Source: Eledone cirrhosa (lineage: Eukaryota). Taken from it: 64,000 nt of DNA. Positions 27,130 through 40,827 of the stretch are shown piece after piece; position 1 is the first letter of the stretch, and each line of letters opens with the position of its first letter. A program made the position numbers and the translations under genes. Below the pieces are notes generated by a model, which was not told where the DNA came from, did no database searches, and saw only the letters and a program-made list of their open reading frames with translations. Where the stretch lies: contig OZ024742.1 in NCBI GenBank assembly GCA_964016885.1, positions 215,140,001 through 215,204,000 of the forward strand, given 5' to 3'.

Positions 27130-29290
27130 TATTAGGAGTAGGTTTCATTACAGCAAGGAATAGGAGGCACTGGAGTCGTGTAGACCATTTGATGACTGGC
27201 ATACGGCACTTTGGTGTGGACGGGAAGCACTGGACCCCATTCATTCTCTATATTTCTAGCAAGTGGACATAAGCTATTTACTGGTAACCCGCTTCAGCCG
27301 GCAGGCTAAATCATGTGAAAGGGTGCTGTTAATGCAGTACCACTGGGCGAAGGACCTTCTGATGCAGGTCAATCGCCTGGATAGATGAGGTCACAGACGA
27401 ATTACAATGGCCACGTGTTCGCGACCAGCGCGTGCATCTTGGCCGTGGTTTGGCCTGGAGAGGGATGGGCACTGCTAGGAGCACACTACCCAAGGCACTG
27501 TGCGTGGACCAACGTTGATTCCGGGTCGGTTGTCACCCGGATTATTAAGGAATGCACAATCCGTCATACATCAGAGCAGTGGTGTTAAATATGTAACTGA
27601 AATCTCACTGAAAATGATCCTCATGAAGAAGAATATTATACATTTGTCACATGGAACGAGAGAACACTCACCCAACAAGGTACATTTCAGTAACTTACAC
27701 ACAAACTGGAGATATACAACTGGTATACCGTGGGATTCTGTGAGGTTAGACGTAAAGATTTCGGTGAACACATTACCGATTGATACCATGAATTCTATTG
27801 CAGTAGAGAACGTGACAAACACGGGCATGGCGTGTTTCTTCTTTTCAAAAGGACATCAATAACACTGCACTCGAGTGCCAGTCAGCATCCAGCAAAAGAA
27901 GAGGACTGAAAATATACAAGAATGCACCAACTGGAGCACCAGCTTACAAGGAGATCAGTAAAAAGAGCAGGTAAATGATAAGGAATGCTGAGGAAGAATG
28001 GATATAGAAGCAGTTCACAGAGATGGCAGAATGCCTGAACAGGAACAACATAATGTTCTCACAAGAGACAGCACCATCTAAGACAAGCAAGGAAATTACC
28101 TCACGGAAGAAAGTTTCATTATCAGGAGATGGAGAGAATACTGCTTATCATTGTAATGCCATCAGACCCATGAATATCCCAGCGTGCTTATCAGTGAGGA
28201 AGCGTCAAACAAGGACGACTTCCTAGTCATGCGTGAAGTGGGGACACCAATAAGCTAGACGAAAACAGGCAATGTAGTTGGCATGATAACATTTCAGCAG
28301 CACTGATAAAGCATGTAGGAGAGGCAGTGATTGATTTTCTCACCAGAATCTACAACACAATCTGGTATATTGAAGAGTGACAAACAACATTGACTCAGTC
28401 AATCCTTATGTCACTCCTCAAGAACGGCAATTTATAAGAGTGCCAAAATTATAAACCATCAACGTTATCAGCCATGCAAGCAAAAAAATGCTAAATAACA
28501 TCCTGCACACGCTGAAGTCACATTGCAAAGAGCAGGTTGGCTTCCGTTGCAGATGGAGCATCACATAAAGGTGTTCTATGTGAGGAGAGCCAACATAGAC
28601 TTGATCTTTACCATGTAATTGTTGACTTCAAGAAAGCCTTCGCCGGAGTGTGGAACGATGCGATGTAGGAGATCATGAAGACATATAACATCAGCCAAAA
28701 GATTATCCACACCATCCAACAGCTGTAAGGAAAAAAACCTCATTGTCCAGGGTAGAATGGGGGAATGGTTCCGCACGTCAGTTAGCGTCCTACAAGACGG
28801 TCTTCTCTCACCGACACAGTTCAACATCTTCCATTAGTGAACCATGACCCAATCAGCATAGAAAGACGAATTGTCCCAAACCTCTGATTCACTGATGACA
28901 TCGACAGGCTAGGTGGAAGTGAAAAATAATCACCGAGCTGGTGAACCACTTCCACGTAACGACTGTTAGATACGGCATGGAGATCAGCGCTAAGAAACCC
29001 AAGCTGATGACAAGCACCACAGAGCCAATAGAGAGAATGATCGGCCAGTCGTCAAGAGCTGGCGACTGCGACGCCGTTAAATTACCTTGCTGCCATCATC
29101 TGTCACGAGGGATCCAAGCCAAAGGTCCTCTAACAGCCACAGTTACAACACTTGCTAAACTGAAACCTCCCTGGAGAGACAAAACCACCACTATTAATTG
29201 GAAACTAAAATTCCTACATGCGTGGGTCCTATCCATCTTTCTGACCACTGAAATTCAAAGAAACATCGAACAAGCGGAGATGAGACCCTA
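27130..29290 (+). mobile_element. Decayed RTE-type LINE
   Basis: Remnants PQERQF/ECQNYK..VISHASKKML, EQVGFR.RWS, VDFKKAF..VW, VLQDGLLSPTQFNIF, FTDDID, YGMEISAKKPKLM; many frameshifts. Confidence 0.85.
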
Positions 29291-29321
29291 TGTGTGATAA
29301 ATTATTTCTCATTCTAAATGT

Positions 29322-29397
29322 TATAACTGTTTCTACTTTTGGCACAAGGCCTGCAATTACCCAGTGCATTACTGATACTTTATTTTATCGACCCCGT
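29322..29397 (-). mobile_element. 5'-truncated SINE copy
   Basis: TGTTTCTACTTTTGGCACAAGGCC...TTTATTTTATCGACCCC matches the family 3' end. Confidence 0.8.
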
Positions 29398-29814
29398 ATT
29401 CAAACTTTAATAATTCATATCATCTATATGATGTTGCTTATCATATTTATGATGTTTATTCAATTAAACATACACAATGATTTTATTTTTATGTTTAGGC
29501 CTAAAGTGAGACATTGTAGGAAGGTCAATATACTCTTTGTTTTCGCACGTTGAATAATCAATTTTTTAGGAAGTTTACTTCTAATTTACTAATTGAAATC
29601 ATGACAATAACTATATGTTATTAGTGAAGCTAGATAGAGGGTGAAGCAACATAGATGTTGAAAAATATAAAGAAAGTATTAAGTTCTAAATGATAAAATC
29701 AAATGCTAAAATAGCGTACAATTTCAACAGACACTAATGTCGAATTCTTATACTGATGGAACATAAGACTAAACAATGGATATGACTTCCTTGTATATTA
29801 TTTACTCTTCACAA

Positions 29815-30823
29815 TCTGTAAATATATAAAATTAAGTATGTGTGTGGGTGTGTCTGTGTGTCTGTGTATTACCTATAGAGGCCTACATCTAACGACCGAT
29901 TTTCATGAAACTTTACAGTCTCATAGATTAGTCATCAGGGAGTGTTTTCTATATATCAGCGTATCGTTTTCTTTTATTCCGGGGTCATTCTGCAGATAAA
30001 AATCGAAAGGGTGGTCGCATTTTTTTAGGTATCGAAAAATAGGATGTTTGGCACTAGCTCCCATAATTTGCCAGCGATTTCGTTTAAAAGTTTAAAGCAA
30101 TGTAGAATTTATCATTGGACATCCTGTAATACCTTTATATTTTGCACTTGTTGTTCAGGGACAGCGTGGCAGTCGCTTAAATATTCAAAAATGCCAATTT
30201 TACACTCAAATTTCCACTTTTTCGGCTCTATCTCCCAGATTAATCAATCTACTTTGTTCAAATTTTACACTACGCTAAATCTGATTATTTCACGTCTTAA
30301 CGTGGATTTCTTGTTCAGGAACGGCGTGGTAGTCGCTTAAATATTCGAAAATACCACCTTTTCGCTCAAATTTCCGCCTTTTCGGCTCTAGCTGCCACAT
30401 GTTACAACCGTTTTCGCTCAAATTTGAAACTTCGGCTACACTTCACACATGAATCAATATATTTGGTTCAACTTTTATACTACGATAGAACCTATCATTG
30501 CTCATCTTATAGATGGTCAAAGGCAAAACGATGGCCACTGACGTCGTCTGAGCTTTTAGTTGTGTATTTGAGAATTCATCGGTTTCCAATCATGTAGCGT
30601 GAGGAAATTTGGCTTAGTTTTAGAGGTCATTATCCCCCCCCCCCATCACGCCTCTTCGTCAGTCAACGGCGTTTCTCAGTGATAGAGGTCATCACCACCC
30701 TCACCAGCATTGCCTGTGTGTGGCCATAGATGAGTTATCGAGAAGCAGTCGCTAAGATCAACACCTTTTCATCAAAGCAGATATTATTTTACCTACCCAG
30801 GCAACGCTGGGTACTGCTGCTAG
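29815..30823 (+). mobile_element. Non-autonomous Helitron
   Basis: A|TC start with TGTC-type repeat and ACCGATTTTCATGAAACTT motif; internal tandem duplication (about 30160-30260 and 30320-30420); 3' hairpin CCCAGGC-AAC-GCTGGG followed by CTAG|T. Confidence 0.8.
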
Positions 30824-31782
30824 TATTAGAATATAGTCATGTATTTCCATATAAACAGAGTTATTGTGTTCACACTTCGAAATATTAGTTTCATTTATCA
30901 TTTGTTTTGCTTCTTTCTCATTTCTAAATTTAAGTTCCATTAACATGATTTCTCGTTCCAGATATAATAAACAATTCAAACAAAGAATATTACTCATTGA
31001 AGATTATTCGTATTACTAGATACTGATAATTGTCTTAATGTTTTATTATTACATGTACTCTAACACCCAATTTAAATATCCCCCAATAAACTCTTGTTAC
31101 TGGATATATCTCCCAAATACATTAGCGCTAATCCTGAATGCTTTTATCTATGTTTGCAAATCACATAAATGCATATTTTCCAACTATATAGAACTATTAT
31201 GTAGAAATATATATATAGAAATAAAACTGTTAAACATGCATATAACAAATAAAGATGTGACTACAATTTTCAAGCCATTTGATGTGTATCTGTTTCAAAT
31301 TAGAAAGCGAGTAATATATAATGAAATAACTCGCTCACCGTGTGCCTGTTTACAGAGATTGTAAATAAACGGCTTTTCAGTCAGACGCAGGCACAATATT
31401 TTCCCTTCATAAATATAGACTTATGATATTATATGCAATTCATTTCACTTCTAAGATGCCCAGAGAAATAATATAAACCGGAATATTGACAATCGCTTTT
31501 GAAATTCGATTTGTTGTTTTATTATAATCTTTTGTCACAGATGTTATACTGCGGCTACATGCTGGTATACCAATTTCAAAGTTTTAAATGAAGATATCAT
31601 TCCACTATATATGTCTGCCTGGTGCGTATTCAAACGATCTCTATATAATAGCTAAGTTACCTTAATCCCATATATGGACGTAATGTTATACACCGGCATA
31701 CACAAACATAGACATGCAGAGGCCCTACGGTGTCCCTCTCAGTTTAGTCTGCCTTATTCCAGTAGAAATTTGTAGATTATAT

Positions 31783-32159
31783 ACAATTGTTTCTACTTTT
31801 GGCATAAGGCCAGCAATTATTTCAGTATATTACTGGTACTTTATTTAATCGACCCCGTAAGGATGAAAGGCAAAGTTAACCTCGGCTGGGTTTGAAATCA
31901 GATCGGAAAGGGACGTAACTCTATGCCGCAAAGCCTGTTGTCAGAACCTTTACCGATACTGCCTATCCACACAATAATTGTTTCTACTTTTTGGCACACG
32001 GCCAGCAATTACCAGTGCACTACTGGTACTTTATTTTATCGACCCCATAAGGATGAAAGACAAAGTTAACCTCAGCGGGATTTGAACTCAGAATGGCAAG
32101 GGCCGTAACTCTATGCGTCAAAGCATGGCGTCCGACCCTCTGCCGATACGGCCAATCCG
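31783..32159 (-). mobile_element. Two tandem full-length tRNA-derived SINE copies
   Basis: Units about 31783-31970 and 31971-32159; B box GAGTTCAAATCC and A-box-like TGGCCGTATCGG on the minus strand of the second unit. Confidence 0.88.
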
Positions 32160-32559
32160 ATAATGACACGAAACACGAAAATAAATATATTTACATAACA
32201 AATATTATAATCACGTGACGTATTAAATTCCTGATTGACAAGCCAATATGTTTTACTGCCGCAGGACTGATCATTTTGAAGTCCTGAAAATTGACAAATG
32301 TATTTTTTCTTTTTCATTTCCCAATTCGTATCGAATTTCTTTATAATCAAATACATCTTCATAAACTTCAGAACATTTCAAAAAGAGCGTATATTGTGAT
32401 CAAAACATATACACAGATTAAGATACCATTTCCAATGCAGATGTTGAAATGGAACATACATTATATTGATTCCTATTTTAAACAGCAAATTTGAAGGAAG
32501 GTTAAAGTTGATTGATTCAACTACAATGATTTAATGTTACTATAATTCAGCGTTTTATG

Positions 32560-33640
32560 CAGCCGGTGGTCGAGGAGACAAATATTTGGCAAATCCGGTG
32601 GAATCATTGCTCCGTGTTAAGTATTGCCTTATTTTCCCATCTATTAACCCTCGACATAGTTTCCGAATCCACTATTTTTCTTAATGATTCACATCTTCTG
32701 CCAATATTTTTCCTTGCAGCTGTAGCCATTTTCTCAGATGTTGAATTACGTTGTACCGTGCCAGTTTATACTGTTGTGTCTTTACCAGGTTCTTCAACTT
32801 CCAACTACCAATGGCTGCATGTTTCTTGTCGTGTACGTTAGTTCAAGTTCAATTTCACCACAACTCACAGCAAAGTATTATCTAATCCGCCTTCTACAAC
32901 GCAGCAAATCTTGAAATCTGGTGTAGATGATCTCCACCGCTGATGTTTACAGCTGTAGTCGATTATGTTCCTGGTGTGCCTAGCCCAGTACTACCAGATC
33001 ATGTTTTTAGTTGCTGAATGTAGTTGTTGCAGATATTGGGGCAGATGACGCTATAGAATTTAAAAAAAACACAAAAAATCAAACTCCGCTGTCATTAGTT
33101 TTCTGAACAGAAACATATGGACCACTGGCGTATTCAAGCCATTTTTGTTGGGCATTTAATTCTACATTCAGCAACTTGACATTGAACGTGCAGTTGTGGA
33201 TAGAGGACATTTTTGTGGCGTCGTCAGTTACTTTAGTTAGAGGGTAGATCTACAGCACAGGTCTTTTTGCATATTAGGACTGGAATAGCAAAATAGTTCA
33301 CTGAAGACTTCTTTTGTAACTTATATTCAAATACTGTGCATTTGCTAGTTGACATGGCTCGAGTAGTGGACCGTCATGCTAATACTGCTGTTCATATTTC
33401 CATTCTCTGTTCAAGCTTTCAAGTTAAATAGGTTGTGTGCACGTTCCATTCTCCTATCTTCGGTGCAACTTTGACACACAGAACTGGACTCATCAGGAAC
33501 CTAGCTTCCTTTCGGCTTCTATTAAGACTCGGTGTGTGCTTGTTGTCTTTTTTAGAATGTCGCTTATGCCTCCTTTATCAATTTGGTTTTATGGTGGTGA
33601 AGGTGTAACTAGTTGGTAGCCCAACAATCGTATTCTCCTT
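32560..33640 (-). mobile_element. Very decayed LINE fragment (possible APE endonuclease region)
   Basis: Weak remnants (NISGGD, IASSAP-like) and locally higher GC; no intact ORF. Confidence 0.3.
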
Positions 33641-33786
33641 TTTAAACCGGGTTACATATAACACAGACTATCAATATATATAAATGTACAAACTACATTT
33701 ACATATTAAAATCATGTGCTTCGAACGGCGTGCTATCTACAGCTGTTCTTATCTTGCACACATGACTGACACACACATGCACGCAA

Positions 33787-33820
<34 letters not shown>

Positions 33821-34165
33821 ATATATATATATATATATATATGCGTGTGTGTATATCCTCACCACTAACTCGTCACTATACTCCCCCCTCCACCTACACT
33901 ACAGGCGCAAACATTCCTCGTAATTAATCCACTAATCAAAACAACTTTTATTGACCAACATATTAACGATATACTTGTGTGTATGCCATGTATATTCATT
34001 CTGTCATTACTACCACAGAGGTCCGACAAACCTTTTAATCGAGAGTCGGGTTAGATCGATACCGATCGAACCTTTTGTTGATCAGTAGCGAAACGCGCGT
34101 CACCAAACAATAAACGTAATGAAGGAGTAACCAATTTTCCTTGTGTTATTATTATTATTGTTATT

Positions 34166-34197
<32 letters not shown>

Positions 34198-34284
34198 TAT
34201 GGTAAATTTCGTTAAGTCGTTTGGAAGCCTCGACAATGCAAATGGGTACATTTCCGGGTAACAACATCCGGTGGTGGAGAGAGA

Positions 34285-35584
34285 GACAACTGCTTAGCTA
34301 AAAATGTAGTGTACAATTGTAATGTTAAAACTAATTTAAATTCATTTATCTATGTTGGTTTCACCTCTACAGAATTTAAATTTCGCTTCAATAATCATAA
34401 GAATTCTTTCACAGATCCAAACAAAAGATCTTCAACTTCGCTCTCTAGCCTACTATGGGACCTAAAACGAGATAATATTAAATATTCGATGAATTGGAAT
34501 ATTGTTTCATAAGCTACTCCTTTTAATTCATCTTCAGAGAATTGTGGTGTTTGTATTGAAGAAATATTCTTTATATTAAAGTCCAAAAATTCCCTTAATC
34601 TAAGGAACAATTTATTCAGTTGCTGCAGACATAGATTGAACTCAACGTTTAAATATAAATATAAATTTAAAATGTAGTATAATTAATTAAGCAATTTTAG
34701 TTAATATATGGAACCTGTCGATAAATCATTAGATTCCTTCACCTATTTCTTTTTAAACTTTCTTCCTAAATATAAACAAGGATATAATAGACTACTCTAA
34801 AATGTCTATACTTCCAATGTATTAAATAAAATATACGTAAGGTAAATTTCTATACTAAATATAAGGTTATCTGTAGAATAATTGGGTTTTTAAAATCTTT
34901 TAAATTATTTTTATTTATTTGTTTTGATTATGATAGCTTCTCATAACTTTCATAAGTCCACCCTTTCAATATCTTGATTGAGATATACGTAGGATAAATT
35001 TCTATACTAAATATATAAAACATATTATTATAACTTAAGATACTCTATAGTGTTTTAAAGATATTTAATGCTTTGATATTGCTAGATTTCTTTTGTCTAT
35101 ACTGATATAGTTACATTTCCAAAATATATTCCTTTGGTATTTTAGATTTATATTGTTATGGTTATATTTACAAGTTATAATCCTTTAGTAATATATTGAT
35201 ATTTGATTATCTCTATACAAATGCATATGTGTATATTAACATGCATAAAAAGTGTTATAGGTTTTTTTGTGTCTATATATGTCTGTATATATACATGAGT
35301 GATGCATGACGACGCACGCAAATATTTATTTATACATATGTATGTGTATATATCTATCTGGTTGAGAGGTACGTTGGAGATATGCATAATATTAAGCACA
35401 TAAATGGTAATCGTATATATGAGGACTTGAATGTTAATCGTATATATTTGTATATATATACTGTGAAATTTTTATAACACAAGGAATGTATAGCAGTGAT
35501 TAAGAGAAATCATTTACGTTTTGTATGGCTATATTGTTGGCTTGAGTAAACATAATTTCTATTTTCAGGACACGCGTATCTATG

Positions 35585-35615
<31 letters not shown>

Positions 35616-36388
35616 GTATTTGTATGTCTTTGCATAAAATACTGATCTCTATAGCAAGGGTACATTTTGAACTCAGATTTTGGTATATTGATCTCAGGTT
35701 TCTTAACTAAACATATAGTCATTATTGAACAATGTTTAATTTCTCATATTATATATCTATGTCCCATTCATGAATATTGATACTTATATTTGTATTATTC
35801 ATTTCAGATAAATTGTTAACTAAACTTAATATGACATGACGTAAAGGTTTCGTTGTCGCCCCCTCTCTCTATATAGTATTTCTCTCTCTTGAGTGTTTCT
35901 CTCTCTGTGTGATGACTTGATATCTCTCTGTTGCTTCATGTTTTTCTTATTTCTTCCTTTTCTTCCTTTTTTATTTTTTATTTTTTACTTCCTCCTATCT
36001 GTATTTATCTCTTTCTTTTCTCCATACATGTCTCTCTCTCTCTCCGATATTTCTCCAGGGTTTCTTTCTTTTACTTTCTCTCTCTCCGTCTTTCTTCTTT
36101 TCTCTCTCTTTTTCTCTCTCTCCGTCTTTTACTTTTTCTTTCTCTCCGTCTTTTTCTAATTGTGCTTAACACTATGACTTATTAAAACAATGTAAACAAA
36201 TCACTATCCAGATAGCCTCCAAAACTAATGGTTGTATTTAAAAAGGGTACGTCAAAGCTATTTGTAAAACTGTTATATATTGTATTTTGTCTGATGAAGG
36301 CATACCATAATTTAATGTGGTATCCCTGAAATATGTATAATGAAATAAATATGGTTTTATAAATATAGTTTCCATTTATTAATATCGT
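34285..36388 (+). mobile_element. 5'-truncated Penelope-like element related to 8078-11133
   Basis: NCLAKNVVYNCNVKTNLNSFIYVGFTSTEFKFRFNNHKNSF matches the 9040-9420 GIY-YIG; same layout of long UTR, CT-rich tract, HHR and (TA)n. Confidence 0.85.
36283..36347 (+). ncRNA. Type I hammerhead ribozyme (family A)
   Basis: TATTTTGT-CTGATGA-AGGCATACCATA-ATTTAA-TGTGGTATCCCT-GAAA-TATGTA-TA-ATGAAATA; changes relative to other copies are compensatory or G-U. Confidence 0.85.
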
Positions 36389-36631
<243 letters not shown>

Positions 36632-37389
36632 TGTTATATAGATATACATAACTTTTATCACATGATTAGGATTGGAGAAGATTAAAAACTCCTGTCCGTT
36701 TATTAATAACATTCTATTGCATCCAACCTCTATTAGAGTGGTTTACATTTAAAATCCATAAAAAAAACGCATTACGTTTTCAGCTAGATGTAATTATATA
36801 ATTGCTGCAATATTAGTTTTCAAATCTAGAAATAGCAATTAAAGTAGATTTGAAATTTCCTGAAAAACTAAACTTTGAATTAGAAAAAAATAATAATTGA
36901 AATAGTTAAAATGCAAAGCAACCAACGATTATGTTTTGCGTTAATTAAATGGCAACGTATTTTCAACGTTCATTCATAGAATCATTCACTACATTACCAT
37001 TAATCTAAAAAATGAATAAACATAAAATTAATCTTGCCCTTATTATTCTTTTCAGATACCTTTCAGAAAACAACCTATTATCTCTCCTGTAAGAGGATAA
37101 ATACATCGTAACCTTCTTAGACCAAACGTAACTTCTCTTACAGCTGAATCCTCAGTCGTTGTCGACTCTGACCCTAATGATATACATTTGGGACCCAGTT
37201 TCGCACGGCATTTGATGCGAATACAACACGCTCTATACAAAGCCTTTGTTACCTACGTTAGAATAGTCGAGTGCAACACAATCCCGCTACCATACATGCC
37301 CCACTCCAGCCTCCGCATTTTGCTTTTACAAGCCCACTAGTTACTCAAACGCCGAAGATCATAAACGCTTTCCACTTTCCATTATTTCT

Positions 37390-37608
37390 GGATTGGCAGT
37401 ATCGGTAGAGTGTCGGACGCCATGATTTTACACATAGAGTTACGGCCCTTGCCATTCTGATTTCAAATCCCGCCGAGGTTAACTTTGCCTTTCATCCTTA
37501 CGAGGTCGTTAAAATAAAGTACCAGTAATGCACTGGGTAATTGCTGGCCTTGTGCCAAAATGTATAAACAATTATTGTGTGGATAGGCAGTATCGGTAAA
37601 GGTTCTGA
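37390..37608 (+). mobile_element. tRNA-derived SINE plus the start of a second tandem unit
   Basis: GGATTGGCAGTATCGGTAGA...TTCAAATCCCGCCGAGG...GCCTTTCATCC...AAACAATTATT, then GGATAGGCAGTATCGGTAAA. Confidence 0.88.
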
Positions 37609-39018
37609 CAATGGTACAAATTCTTCTGGCTAGGCAGTATGGGATGTTGCGTTTTGTATGAGGTGGATGGCACGACTTAAAATTCAGATATTGATGGGTG
37701 TCATCCACCCCATACAAAACGCAACATCCCATACTGCCTAATCAGAAGAATTTGTACCATTGTAGAAGATACGAATACCAGTTACAAATGCCTAACAGAA
37801 CTGAGAGAATTTTTGCTCAAACAAAAATATCCATCGCTACTTATAGAAAATGGCATACAGTGGGCTATAAAAATACCTATACAACAACTTAGGACAACCC
37901 AAGGGAGAAGAAACAAAGAACTGGTCATACCATTTATAATGACACACAACCCATGTCACCAGAGTATCTTCATCACTGCCAAAGCAAACCTACCGATCAT
38001 TTCTCAAAGTAATGAATTAAAATGCCTAATCACAGATCGATCTTGGACTCTTAGTAAAAGACAGCCGAAAAAGTTGAAGCAATTACTAACAAAAGCAAAG
38101 TTTGACCTTAACAACAAAGAACAATCATTCACTGTATCTAAATGCAATGATAGTCGATGTGGCACATTGTCAATCCATACACGCAGGTCAATATATGAAA
38201 AGAAAACTGGAAAAACATTCCCAAATTCAAATATGAACTGCAAAAGCAGAAATCTAATTTACTGCATTAAATGTCAGAATTGTGAAGAACTATATGTGCG
38301 GTCAAACTGGAAATGCACTATCGGAACGTGCACAGGTACACCGACAGCAAATCAGAGACCCAAATCTCCGTCAGATACCCCTAAGTGGTCAGGGAATATT
38401 TATAAAATTCCCATTCTACAATTTACACAGCCCAAATGAAATCAAGAGAAAAATCAAAGAAAAGAATGTTATTGATAAATCCCAACCCAAGCTAAATGAG
38501 CAATAATAATGGGGTATTAATCCTACTATGACTATGACTACGACCACTAACAACAACAACAATAATAATAATAAAAGTGATGTTGGTGGTAATGATTGCT
38601 AGAAAATGCTATTTTCATCATTTCTAAAAATAGTAAAACAATTGATGCTTTTGTTAGGGTCAATTAGCAGTCGTTAGACATGCTCAACCAGCCGTGACGT
38701 CTAAAACAATCAGCTTTAGTAATCCAGTGAAACTACACACCGATTGGTCGAAATACAGTTTGCAATATTTAGCATTCTGGAGCCACTTTTCACTGAATAT
38801 AAGGAACAACATTTACCCATCTCATTACAGTTGAAAATTGCAAACTTGACTCTCACCACACAATGTGAACCTGAAGATTGCGAAAGCATGAAAGTACTTG
38901 TTCAATTAAGACTTAACATTTAATATTCTACCATACCTTTCATTCTAATACCATTATAAATTTTAAAGGATCGTAAATAAAAAGAGTAAATCAGACAAAG
39001 TTGGAATTCCTTTTATTA
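37609..39018 (+). mobile_element. 5'-truncated Penelope-like element (Neptune-like) with inverted 5' end
   Basis: HQYLNFKSCHPPHTKRNIPYCLARRICTIV (thumb); KCNDSRCGT Cys motif; NCKSRNLIYCIKCQNCEELYV/GQTGNALSER..VHRQQI GIY-YIG; frameshifts. Confidence 0.9.
38866..38904 (+). ncRNA. Minimal type I hammerhead (39 nt) in PLE 3' UTR
   Basis: TGAAC-CTGAAGA-T-TGC-GAAA-GCA-T-GAAA-GTAC-TT-GTTCA: GNRA-capped stem II, U-U at its base, palindromic stem III. Confidence 0.82.
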
Positions 39019-39074
39019 ATATATATACGTATATAGATTAGAGCAAACATCACGGGTGGTCTATCTCAAAATTA

Positions 39075-39110
39075 TTTTTGAAAAGCATTAGAAATGCGCA
39101 ACCGGTAAAA
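39075..39110 (+). ncRNA. Degenerate hammerhead with U3/A8 core
   Basis: TTT-TTGAAAA-GCAT-TAGAA-ATGC-GCAA-CCGG-TA-AAA; same family features as 22961-22997, with A13C. Confidence 0.4.
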
Positions 39111-39258
39111 ATTAAATCTAAAACTGAATACTAACCAATACATATTACTAATTTTTACTTATTCCTAATTAAACTATTTTTCGCTGGGAACAATTTGTCA
39201 GCATTTTCTTTTCCATTTACTAATAAATCACATCTCGTGTGTTACACCTCTATTCTTT

Positions 39259-39367
<109 letters not shown>

Positions 39368-39500
39368 GTATATGTATATAAATATATTACACAGAGAGAA
39401 GTGTGTTACACAGTAAGATGAATGTAACGAATTATTACATGTGAGTTTAACCGTTACTGTATGGAAAACAACATCTACAGGTTAGCAACTAATATATATA

Positions 39501-39646
<146 letters not shown>

Positions 39647-39657
39647 TATATACATAA

Positions 39658-39696
<39 letters not shown>

Positions 39697-39798
39697 TAGT
39701 AATAATAATAAAATTGAAGACTAAAATCCAAAGAGGGCTCAATAAGGAAAATATATATCAAATATATAAGAACCGTAGAGCAAATATTTATTAAAATA

Positions 39799-39874
39799 AC
39801 AGATTAAAGTTTAAGCAAAGAATCGCTGCTTTCACCCTTAACGGGATCTTCTGAAACTAACAAAGTCAATCTGT
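39799..39874 (-). ncRNA. Variant hammerhead (family B, core CAGAAGA)
   Basis: Reverse complement of the 40260-40335 motif. Confidence 0.65.
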
Positions 39875-40259
39875 AAACGCAGAACTGGATATTTCAAAAA
39901 ACGTTGCAACCGGTCTCCTAGTTAGAATTTAGTCTACGATTTCTGCTATACCATTTACGTGGTTTCGTCTTTGCGTGCTATTGTTCTCCACGCTCCACAT
40001 ATGACTTATTATCTTTGTTTTTTCGTTCATTGCCAGAGAACGTCTCTATGCACCATCTAAGAGAACATTAGTCTACGACCTCTTTTATACCATAAACGTG
40101 GTTTTGTCTTTGCGCGTAATTGTTTTTCACCGCTCCTATTAATGACGTATAATACGTTTTTTTCCCGTTCTTTGCCAGCGAACGTTACCACGAACCAAAG
40201 TATCGTCTTCCTGTCTTCCTCCGGTTGCAACGTTTTTTGAAATATCCAGTTCTGCGTTT

Positions 40260-40335
40260 ACAGATTGACTTTGTTAGTTTCAGAAGATCCCGTTAAGGGT
40301 GAAAGCAGCGATTCTTTGCTTAAACTTTAATCTGT
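40260..40335 (+). ncRNA. Variant hammerhead (family B, core CAGAAGA)
   Basis: ACAGATTGA-CTTTGTT-AGTTT-CAGAAGA-T-CCC-GTTAA-GGG-T-GAAA-GCAG-CGATTCT-TTGC-TT-AAACT-TTAATCTGT: all three stems form and stem I has a bulge. Confidence 0.68.
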
Positions 40336-40350
40336 TATTTTAATAAATAT

Positions 40351-40760
<410 letters not shown>

Positions 40761-40827
40761 AAGGTTTAGCAAATAATGAAAAAGTTTCAAAATAAATTTT
40801 AAAAAATTGACTTTACCTACTATAGTT

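Larger units (their letters stand above)
39699..40350. mobile_element. Non-coding family B element with about 130-bp inverted hammerhead-bearing arms, in (TA)n
   Basis: 39785-39913 is the reverse complement of 40221-40350; two diverged ~140-bp direct repeats inside (TTAGTCTACGA at about 39929 and 40068). Confidence 0.88.

Noticed and set aside
37041-37093. Possible LRR micro-exon (ttttcag|A TAC CTT TCA GAA AAC AAC CTA...|gtaag; YLSENNLLSL)
   Set aside because: Only about 33 nt, no partner exons found, and could be chance; needs RNA-seq.
37390-37480. tRNA gene suggested by A and B boxes
   Set aside because: No cloverleaf; it is the head of a multicopy SINE.
39915-40200. CRISPR-like array from internal direct repeats
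   Set aside because: Only two diverged ~140-bp repeats, no spacers, eukaryotic context.
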